A stretch of DNA of 61,012 bases, counting the filler, from Collodictyon triciliatum (Eukaryota), in the NCBI GenBank assembly GCA_043381765.1. It is 3 parts of 3 records of this genome, joined end to end, with 100 filler letters (N's around TTAATTAATTAA, not from the genome) between each part and the next. Parts side by side here need not be neighbours in the genome. Positions count along the whole stretch, not along the records: positions 25,026 to 49,900 come from JBHJMP010001065.1; positions 50,001 to 61,012 come from JBHJMP010001094.1; 1 more part is not named here. One strand, 5' to 3'. The notes under the pieces were generated by a model. It ran no database searches, was not told the DNA's origin, and was given only the letters and a program-made list of their open reading frames with translations. Positions 41,701-51,529 of this stretch are shown piece by piece (within the stretch, counting starts at the first letter, position 1; each line of letters begins with the position of its first letter). The position numbers were made by a program, and so were the translations under genes.

Positions 41701-42767
41701 TGATGCCGAGAAAATAGACATAATCGTACCAAACTGTTGCGTGATTTGGTATCCATGAGGGAGGTCGAGGTAGAAATAGTGTTTTCTGTCAAACGTCGAG
41801 AAGTGGTTTATTTGTGCATTTAGAGCCAATCCTGTTTTTATGGCTTGTTTGATACAGTAAGCGTTGATGACCTTTAGCGTGCAGAGAGAAAAATGTAGCA
41901 AAGGGTTTAAATCAATGTGAACTAATCGGAAGGGAAAAAAGAGACGCATTTATTTGATGGTGACTGGTTAAGAGAAAATGTAAAATCCTAATATAAATAT
42001 TTTTGGAGGAAAATTTTAGTTTTTGAGATGTAGGAGTGTTAAAGATGATTGATACAAATTCCTCGATGGTAAAGGAGCATACACTAAGCAGTCGAGAGAG
42101 AGAGAGAGAGAGAGAGAAAACAACAACGAAACAGTAAAATGATTTCTAAAATGGCCTAATTTTATTACCGGCAAGGTACCAGGAAGAGCAGCATCGAAGA
42201 ACGAAACTTGTGTGTTCGGAGGAGATGCGAAAGTTGTTGACGAACCTGTTAGAAAAACAATCTTAATTTTTTGTCTAAAAATATATTCGTTCTACATGAT
42301 ATAATAAAATTACCTGCACAGAATTTTGATATTGGATTATGGCGTAAAAAAAAAAAAACTTGTAAGCTTCATAAGAACGTAAAAGCTTTATAAACCATAT
42401 TTTTATCTGTTTAATCATTTCTTCATTTATTAATTTATTCTTTGGTTCATTCATTCATTAATCTATTTTCTACAAAGTAATCATGCGACCAATTTTCTTA
42501 TTTTGAATTAAGTAGAGGGAAAATAACAAATAATTTACTCATCAAATAAGAAGAAAGACACATCATACCGGAAAAAAGCTTCGTCTGCGACAAAACTTGA
42601 GCATGAAGCTCCAAGCCAACAACAACTTCCCATTTCTGCTTCGTCTTTGGTGACTGAACCAGAAGATTAGGGGAGTTATGAACCTTTCCTATTCCCTCTG
42701 CGCTTCTGGAGGTAAACTTCCTTCCAAAGGCGCCAGAAAGCATCGTTCGAGAACCAGACCAAAGCAT
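38790..42767 (-). CDS. GATB: Mitochondrial Glu-tRNA(Gln) amidotransferase subunit B (PET112), multi-exon
   Basis: [71 protein letters not shown], YqeY-like tail ...[10 protein letters not shown]...-TGA at 38790. Confidence 0.95.
39011..39096. repeat. (GAAAAA)n intronic microsatellite
   Basis: Direct reading. Confidence 0.95.
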
Positions 42768-42830
42768 CTTCTTGAAGGCCTCGGCCTATTTCGAGAGAAT
42801 TCACAGTCATTTCCCAGCGGACGTCGCTCA

Positions 42831-42831
<1 letters not shown>

Positions 42832-42892
<61 letters not shown>
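42832..42892. repeat. (AAAG)n microsatellite upstream of the GatB start
   Basis: Direct reading. Confidence 0.95.
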
Positions 42893-42894
<2 letters not shown>

Positions 42895-43289
42895 GACAAG
42901 AGTGCTTCATGTGCAGTTCATCGCTGCTTGGCAAAATTAGATTATTTCTGCCTTTTGGATCTACGCCAAATAAAGGAAGATCGTATATAAGTGGAACATA
43001 TACTATATTGAATATATTGATCGTACAATATTTGATTATTGATATTTTAATACATATTTGGATATAAGTTATCAAATTTCTACACAAGAATAATTAAAGA
43101 GATTAACGCCGTCGAGAAGTGATGCAAACCATTATGCCATTCCATTCCTTCATCATTCCCTGCCATTTCGCATGCTGAACAACTTCGTTACGAAGTAAGA
43201 AAAAAACGTCAAAAAAAAAAGAAAAGAGAATCAACAAAATCAACCAGAATCAATATTTTCAAACAAGGTTCGTGCGCTGACTCTTTCGA

Positions 43290-43770
43290 GCAGGAAGGCA
43301 GTGGTTGGGGTAGAGAGTCGGACAAGAACAAGACAAACAAAGGCCCCCACCCCAGTGTCGGGGAGCGATGATCCCATAAAGTAGTTGGCACTCGCTCTTT
43401 TCCTTCGAATTCTTGTTTATTTTTTTCTTTACGAGTATTGACTTCGCACAACGCGGCTCCACTGGCAAATAAAACTCTTCGCAAGTGCCTTTTAACATTC
43501 GCAAAAATCTCTTTTCTGGTAGGATCGAAAGCATAAAGGCCAAAGATCAAAACACGAAACTGTGTAGACAATGTCCCAGAAAGACATAACCTTCGCTGCC
43601 CACTTTTCCTTTCCACGTTTCCAGTTTATCCCCGCCCTCTCTGGCCACCCGTTTTTGTTTATATTTTTATTCAACACTCCTTTTTGGAATGCTTGATCTT
43701 GTTCGGCAAACATACTTCATCATTCAGACACAGCTCCTCTAATATACAAAAACCCAAAAGAATATAATAG
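43290..43770 (-). mobile_element. Decayed L1/Tx1-like LINE ORF2 fragment (region after the RT domain)
   Basis: Frameshifted peptides YILLGF (YLG-like), WPERAGINWKRGKEKWAAKVMSFWDIVYTVSCFDL (W...LS..GR...K......Y.....L-like) and IIAPRHWGGGLCL (P...GGLG-like), in the expected order. Confidence 0.35.
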
Positions 43771-44057
43771 AAAACTGGATCAATGTGAATCAATATACCT
43801 TTTTTCTTTCTTTTCCATACCGAGTCAACAAAAGAACTTATCAACATAATTCACCTCTCTTCAGTACGTTATATATATATAAAGACGCAAACTCTCACAT
43901 CCACTCACAAAATAATAAAGATCAAGTATTAGGGTGATTGGTTCTGTTTCATTCACCAATACATATTTACTTTACTTCGCTTACTACGACTTTGGAGCCA
44001 ATTAATGAAGCCTTCATTTTACCCTCCATGTTAGAACCCTGAAACAACGGAAGCACG

Positions 44058-46175
44058 ATGGGCGACATCACCGAAGAGGAAAAACTCCGCATTGCCAACC
44101 AATTCATCCTCAACGCTCCACCCGGCGAGTTCAACGAAGTCGTGACTGGTTTGTGCCCACGTTATTCTCTCCCCAACAATCCACAAGACAAACTCATATA
44201 TATATATATATTATAAGCTTAACATCAAGTAATAATCAACCGTCCCTTCTGATTTCCAAACAGATGTCCGCAAAATCCTCAACGACGACGCCCTTTTGAA
44301 TCGCACTGCACTCCAAACCTTCCGTCAACACAACACCGAAAACTTTGCCACTGCGGCTGCTGCGGACATTCCTCACAAAGTAACTATGAAAGTGCCTCTT
44401 TGGACCCACTCTCGGTTTTTTTGCCCGACTGTTCTTCCCTTCATTTCTGCTCTTCCGGTTCTCTTCCTAACAAGCCCCTCTTTTTTTTTTTTTTAAAAAA
44501 AAACAAAACAAAACAAAACAAAAACAAAATACTTACGTATATCTGAAAAGGAAATTAATAGCATATATCCATCTTATTATCTATTATTTTAAATTCAAAG
44601 AAAAACAGTACTCTTTCGTGTTGGCTTATATGATTCGCTATCTTCCTGCATAATTTGTTGTATAAATCATAGGTGATCGTCACAGCCTTCAACGAGGTTG
44701 ACACAAAGCACTACAAAGACTACCGCGCTGGAGTCGTGTTCAAATTCGACCATGTCAAACAGGTTTCACTTCACAGCATGAACCTTTCGCATACTCTTTT
44801 TTGTTTTTTTAAAAAAAAAAGCAATGGCTAAATCAAGAAAATAATAGCATTCGGTCAAGATACAAACTTAATTACTATGAATAGGAAGTTGTCGAAACAC
44901 GCCCCATCGAAGAGAGCGAGCTTGTTCCTGAGGCCGAAGCTTTCCGGTATGTAGCATGCGAATTCTCCTTTCGATTTCAAACTTTTTGCTGGCAGATTTT
45001 TATACTCATTCAAAGGCTAGATAGAAGAAATCAAGTTCGTTCGTTCATTCATTTACGTTCTGACTTACAGCGCCGCCATCGATGCTTCACTGTCAAAGTA
45101 TGTTTACAACTACTACCCTGATGGGACTCTCGGTGTTTTCCCTGTCCGTGTTGATGATGAAATCGAAATGCACATTTGCATTTCTGCTGTTCGCTTGAAC
45201 CCAACAAACTTTTGGTACTTTTTTTTTTTGAAATAACAAATCTGAGCTTGTCTATTTTCCTACATTTATTTGTCATCGTAGATACGAAATCGTGTTAAGG
45301 AATAATTCAAACTTTGATTCGATTGCTTTTCTCAGCTCAAATATTTCTCTCCTATTAGTTGGTTCCTGATGAGTTTATTGTTCATGTTATTATTATTAAC
45401 CCATTCATTAATTTGACCAAGGAATGGACAATATCGTTCCTATTATAACTTCAAGTATCGCCCTGGAGTGGCCACCGCCAAAATGAATGGCCTTATCAAG
45501 GTATCCTTGGTTTATTTCAACCTATGTGGTGCTAAGACACTCCATTGCATGGGAGTCTTGTTGACACTTTTTTGTTTATAAAGTATGACTTGATGGTTAA
45601 GCGTTTTATTTTTATTCTCTGCAGTCACTCGTCCATTACTACGAAGACGGAAACGTCCAGCTGAACACAAAGACTGAGCGTAACGCAGATATCAAAGTGT
45701 CGGTAAGTGACGCCCTCTGTAAAGTGATGAAAGCGAGATATATACTCTAACAAATTAACTTTAACTCATCGTCCAGCTCAGTTGCTTTGCCCTATCTTCA
45801 TAAATGCCTGTCTTCATATCTAACATAAAATATTATTTTTTTATATGTCTATTAAAGGACTCTGGCGCCGCTGACGCCATCACCAAGCAAATTCAGGAGT
45901 GGGAATCAGGCTTCCAAACCGGGCTTGATGCCAGCACCCAAAACCTTCTGGAACTTTCGTTCAAGGTTCTTCATTCACCCCATATTAAATTGTCTGATCA
46001 ACAAATTTACGCTGTTGTCAAAGTCTTGCATTGGAAATATCTTTTCAATTCTGGGTTTAATGAAATACAATCATCCTTGCAGGGACTCCGCCGCAAACTG
46101 CCCATCAGCGGTACGAAGTTCAACTTCAACCAAATCGGCCAACACAAGGTCATTGGAGAACTCAACTCCAAGTAA
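44058..46175 (+). CDS. CAPZA: F-actin capping protein subunit alpha, multi-exon
   Basis: MGDITEEEKLRIANQFILNAPPGEFNEVV, FKFDHVK, NFWNGQYRS, VHYYEDGNVQL, GLRRKLPISGTKF. Confidence 0.97.
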
Positions 46176-47332
46176 AATAATAAAGTACATGCAGCCAGCA
46201 ACGCGGATATGCGATGACGAATGAAAGGGTATTAAAAGACGGACGTACAAGGAGACAGACAAATATGATGAAGTGCTATCAAATGTCAACTGGTTGCTCT
46301 GAATAAAACCACAGCCCCTGTGGATTGTGCTATTATTCTTCCCTCACATACAGTACAGATAGATTTTGCCCAGCACGAAGCCTAGTGCCATCTGCATATG
46401 TTGCATCCATAATCGCCGACGATGGTCACATCCCTCCTGAACAAATATGTAACCAGGAAACTGCGCAACCTCTCCCGATTACGGGCGAGATTGTTGACCT
46501 ATGCTTGTACTGACTCTTTTCGCTAGTGACGCACTCGCTGGAGCGTGTAGTACTCTTGTATTCTTATCTTTACGTTTTTTTTTTTAATTTGTTTTATTTT
46601 GATAGATGATTATTTTAATTTTTTCCCTTTATTCGATTCAAAGTGCAGCGAGGTTATGCCATACAAAGGGGCGGGATGGAGCGCATGGGAGAGAGCAAAC
46701 GCGAGTAGAGAATACAATACCGTGGAGAGACTGGGACTGGAAAGAAGTCAGAGATAGCGAGTTGGTCAGGTGGGCGACCCAACTGGTTGATTGGCTGCGT
46801 GGGTAGCAGGGGTTGGATATGATGTGGGAGATATAGCACGACACATTCCCACATCTCTCTTCGCTTGCGGTCAGAGTAGCAAAGAATGCGAGCGTGTTTC
46901 AGCAGGCTGTTCAGGAAGCTGTATTGCACGAGGCTTTCCAGCCTGGATACATTGATTTCTCACTCGGATGAATCATTAGAGCGAGAGAATGCACGCACAC
47001 TCCATAGGGACCACAGCATATGTCCCCTCGTGACTGTCCAGAGTATTCTAGAGTCAACCTGAATAATATAATAGTATAATTAGTATATACTAAGGTTAAA
47101 AATACTTAATAATCTCATTCTATTCATATTATTAATTTATATTTTATTTTTATATATGTAATATATCATTAAAATTCAAAAATGACAAACAGGCCCTTGT
47201 GTTGGCCCAGACAGAACCCACCCTATAAACTTGCCACCAAACATGCATTTCAAAAAAAGCATACTATCCACACTTGCGGCGGTAATCATGTTGTTTGGGG
47301 CCGATATGTTGACTTTCAGTCGCAATGGCTTT

Positions 47333-49709
47333 ACAGCCGTCCTTTCAAACTCGCCGAATCAGCTCTCAGCGTTTTGTCTCAAATCACTTATAAAAAACTT
47401 TGTGTGTTTGTTTGCCACAAAGCGCATATTTTGAGATTCTTGGTAGATGCTTAATTTTACCTAAATTGATTTTATGAATTTTTTTTTAAACTGGCTAATT
47501 GACTAAAGTTTTTTTAAAATTGAAAACTCGGTATTTTCCTAAAGGAAAAAGTAAAACAAAGACTTTCAGATGAAGAAAAGAAAACGTCTTCAGTCTGGAA
47601 ATATAAAGTCTGTAGAACCAGACAATTGAAATGTGAAAACATCTCTAAAGTCGATTGTAAAGAATGCGAATGACTATTATAAAATCAACGATACGGTTTT
47701 ATTGTGTCATAATTTGGTTACCTACACTTATCTGTTTGCAAGATGTTACATGTTGAAATCATGACAACTCCCAACAATCGATGAAATGTTTTTTTTTCGT
47801 ACGCTTTGAAAACAGTCAGAGTAGTTTCACAAGATAGACTCGCAAGTTTTTTTTTTTAAAAAAATACTAGAGATAAGTAAAGACATGATGACTTTTTATC
47901 TCAATGTTTTTCGATACCTTTTGTCCCGAGAAGGACGCTTTCCGTTGGTTGGATTGTCTCATGTATTACCGTGCTTGGCGAAGCAAATGTTAACAGCTTA
48001 TCATAATAAGATTAAGGAACATTTTGCAAAGAGGTTACTGCGCTTTATAAATCAAACAGTTCCCAAATATGAGAATATGACGGAAGCTGTTAAAAAGGCA
48101 GAGCTAAGAAAGTTAAAAAAGAAGCCATCTTCAAGAAACTCGAAATACCGGAGCAATATAAAGAATGGGCTGCAATACATTTGCATCATATCATTCCCAG
48201 CGATATTGTAAAAGATATCGAATATGACGCCAAAGTCAATCCAAATAAGTACATTCCATGTCTGATTTACATGAATCGCATTTTTGAGGACATTAGAGCC
48301 AAACTGTTTCAACCAATCTCTACAAGAACTAACAATATACCATGTCATGTTACTATAGATACTGCATATTTGGTAGATATTAGTATCAAGTGGAAAAACA
48401 TAATTACTGAAGAATATATCCGGATGCAAAGAGACACTATGGGATGACTTCTTTGAAATGAAGAAGAGAGTCTTTCATCAAAGAAATTACAGTTTTAAAT
48501 ACATGATACAAACAGACGGTAGGTGGTGTCATTATTATTTGAAAAGAAAGGTATTTCATGTTCAAAATCTAAATAAATCAAAAAAAAACCAAGGATATGT
48601 TTATTTAGATTAACTTTCCGAAGAGCAGTTATCTTTATTAGCGACAAAAAATAGTTGGAGTGGACGCAGGCAAGTTTAATTTGGTTTACATGGCGGATGA
48701 GGCAGGTAAGAAATTACTTTACACGGCACACCAAACAAGACATGATAGCAAATCTCCTAAAAATCACAAAATACTCTTGTGCAAGAAAAAAAGAAAAGTA
48801 CACCTATTCAGGGATATGCATGACAACAGATTTACAAAGTGTTGTTTCTTTTGGTCACATGACTTTTGAAGAGAATCAGCGGTTTGGGACATCAAGAGTA
48901 TCTTTAATCGATTTAGAGACAGAACTGGGTAAACATAATTCATCCACGGCCGATTATGAAAAATATAGAAAATAGGTATCTATGGAATCAAGATACCATA
49001 TAGAGTTATCCAGATTTTAGAACAAGTAACTTTTCGAAAGATGAGATGGAGACAGTATGTTAATACAAAAAGAAGAGAACAATTGTTTATGGTCCGAATC
49101 GAAAAGACATTTGGCAAGGATGTTGTACTGGCGAATGGAGACTGGAGCAGAAAATCTCCAATGAAACATTTTAAGCCAGCAATCGGAAGAGGATTACGAA
49201 AAATACTACCCAAACGTTGAAACATTTATTGTAAATGAATTTAGAACCTCCAAGATGTGTTGTAACTGCGAAAAAGAACTGGATTATATGATACTGAAAG
49301 GAAATACGAAAAAAAGTGTATAGATGTCTCATGTGTAAATAATGCAATCGCTCAGAAAGCAAACAAGATGTATTCTTGACAAAGGACTTTAACAGCGCTA
49401 ATAATATACTCAAGAAAGCTCTTTTAATCCTTCGAAAAATGCCTACACCTTCCTAAAAAAATAGGCTGTCGGGTCTTTCCTGGCGGACTTCACCACTACA
49501 CAATCTTTGTGAAAAAAGTGATGAGACCTTGGATACTAGTGCGCTAAGTTTACCAATCTTTCGATTGATATACCCTTTCTAGTAAAGTAAATAAATCATA
49601 AACTATATATGTTAATTACAAGTTTTAGATTTAGGCTTTCTGATATCTATGAACCACGTTTCCCTTAAGAGCCGTGCTAGCGCCAGCTTTGAAATTTTAG
49701 AACGGGTGT
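47333..49709 (+). mobile_element. Putative non-autonomous Fanzor-carrying DNA element with degenerate terminal inverted repeats
   Basis: Left ACAGCCGTCCTTTCAAACTCGCCG (47333-47356) resembles the reverse complement of the right end, ACACCCGTTCTAAAATTTCAAAGCTGGCG (49681-49709); encloses the Fanzor pseudogene; no transposase seen. Confidence 0.45.
47570..49456 (+). pseudogene. Fanzor1 (eukaryotic TnpB-like RuvC RNA-guided endonuclease) pseudogene, full length with stops and frameshifts
   Basis: Collinear motifs MKKRKR..VKTSLKSIV..INDTV; IPCHVTIDT; MIQTDG (48512); RuvC-I KIVGVDAGKFNL (D at 48663); FRKMRW; GDWS (49137); RuvC-II VNEFRTSKMCCNC (49231); CLMCK*C zinc finger; RuvC-III TKDFNSANNI; stop at 49454. 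Confidence 0.88.
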
Positions 49710-49710
49710 G
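49441..49710 (+). ncRNA. Candidate Fanzor omegaRNA scaffold
   Basis: Nested complementary segments immediately 3' of the Fanzor ORF (GGTCT/AGACC, CACT/AGTG, CACAA/TTGTG, TACTAG/CTAGTA, CAATC/GATTG), in the position expected for an omegaRNA. Confidence 0.4.
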
Positions 49711-49834
49711 GCGGTGTGGTTGTGGAGTTGGAATGATACGTTACTGAGGTGACACAAATAATGATTTGCATGCAGGCTATCTCCATGAAAAATGGTACAC
49801 TCGCAACTTCGCCTATTCTACTGCACAGGAATCA

Positions 49835-49900
<66 letters not shown>

Positions 49901-50000
49901 NNNNNNNNNNNNNNNNNNNNNNNNNNNNNNNNNNNNNNNNNNNNTTAATTAATTAANNNNNNNNNNNNNNNNNNNNNNNNNNNNNNNNNNNNNNNNNNNN
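49901..50000. other. Artificial contig linker: 44 N + TTAATTAATTAA + 44 N
   Basis: 12-mer at 49945-49956; flanked by poly(A) 49836-49900 and (TTTTTTG)n 50001-50085. Confidence 0.95.
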
Positions 50001-50494
50001 TTTTTTTGTTTTTTTGTTTTTTTGTTTTTTTGTTTTTTTGTTTTTTTGTTTTTTTGTTTTTTTGTTTTTTTTGTTTTTTGTTTTTGAGGTAAAGCACCGC
50101 ACATTATACAATTCTGGAAAATATAATACTATACAATTATGTATATAATTATGCCCTATAAGTCATATTCATAATCGTATTTATTATATTGATGTAAATT
50201 AAAATTGCTGTATAGAATATATCCTGCAAGTAACATTTCCATGGAAAGAGGGACAACTTTGACCGAACAGCAAACCACCCCAATCACAACCAATCACAAC
50301 CGCCTGCAAATCGCAGCATCCTAGGATCAAAGTGAGTTGCACAATCCGCGAAAGTCTGTGTATTAGTGAATTCGCACGCACCTTGTCAAAAACAGAGAAG
50401 GAGGGTCAAACTAAGGACAGTATTATCTACACTTTTTTCCAAAATGTATTGATGCGCTTTAACCTTCGCACCAAAGAAGCAAAGCGCAAGTGAA

Positions 50495-51078
50495 ATGAGC
50501 TCCACAGATTCGGCTGCGTCTTCTTCATCGTCAGCGGCCGCACCAAAGGCACCAGAGTCTTCAGATCAGGTAGAGTTTCTTTCTTCATTTCTCCAAGCAC
50601 GAGTATTTTATTATATATTGCTCTCTTTTATCCGAATAAAACTCTTTTACATAACTTAAATTACGATTCACACCCCACTTGGGTTTTAGCAAGCCGACTT
50701 TATATTATTGTTTCAAATGAGCTCGTTTCCTCTTCTTTTTTTTTCCTCAGGCGTTCCGTAATAGATACGGGAACAAGTTTCCCTCCAAGAAGAACATGCT
50801 GATCGATCGACACGTTGTGAGTCGCCACGCTTTTTTCACTCGACACACTGTCTGATGCTATTCGTATTGCCCAAACGATTTTAAAGTTCTCTGACAGACT
50901 TATCATACACCAGCAGAAAGGAAAGCAACATTTCGACTCGGCAGACTTTTTTAAGCAGAAACAACAACAACAGCAACAACAACAACAGCAACAGCAACAA
51001 AGTGAGTCTGCCACGGGCCAATCAAGCAGCGAAATCACTCCCGCGCCAGCTTCAGACTCCCAACCGAATGATTCCTGA
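50495..51078 (+). CDS. ENSA: Endosulfine/ARPP19 family PP2A-B55 inhibitor; exons 50495-50569, 50751-50816, 50914-51078
   Basis: Spliced product ...AFRNRYGNKFPSKKNMLIDRHV/QKGKQHFDSADFFK followed by poly-Q; both introns are phase-0 GT-AG; absent from the ORF track. Confidence 0.85.
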
Positions 51079-51529
51079 GCTCACTGCCGCTACTTGTTCT
51101 TTTTCTTCTTTCCAACTCTGAAGTTCTGATCCATGACCTCATTCTTCCTTTCTTCTGCAGCTTTCATTCTCTCCCCCTTCCTCCTTCCTTCCTTTTTTTT
51201 TTCCTGCGTTGTTTTTCTCTCTTCTATTGGCATTTTCTTGGAAAAACAAATACAAAACACAAACTGAGATATGTCTATTCGTCATTCCTTTTTCTTTTTT
51301 TCTTCGGGCAGAAAAGCGAAAAAACAAAAAAAGAAAACAAAAACACCGCTTGCACAACATAGCAAAAGGAATCGAAAACGAGATAGTTTGCTTGCTTTTG
51401 TGCCACTCTTGAAGGATATGAGGACACAAATGACCGTTCTTAAACTCTTTATCATACTGATCCATGGTATATTTCTGATTTTGCTAAGACAATACAGAAG
51501 GAAGAGAACATCACGGTGGGATAAATGAC

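Noticed and set aside
46325-47060. IIADDGH (YADD-like, +) and LWSLWSVR (LINE C-terminal-like, -) peptides as a transposase or RT partner of the Fanzor
   Set aside because: Isolated weak motifs on opposite strands, outside the putative inverted ends
47570-49456. Fanzor intact under an alternative genetic code, or broken only by sequencing error
   Set aside because: Internal stops include TGA, TAG and TAA, and host genes use all three as terminators; homopolymer errors cannot explain them
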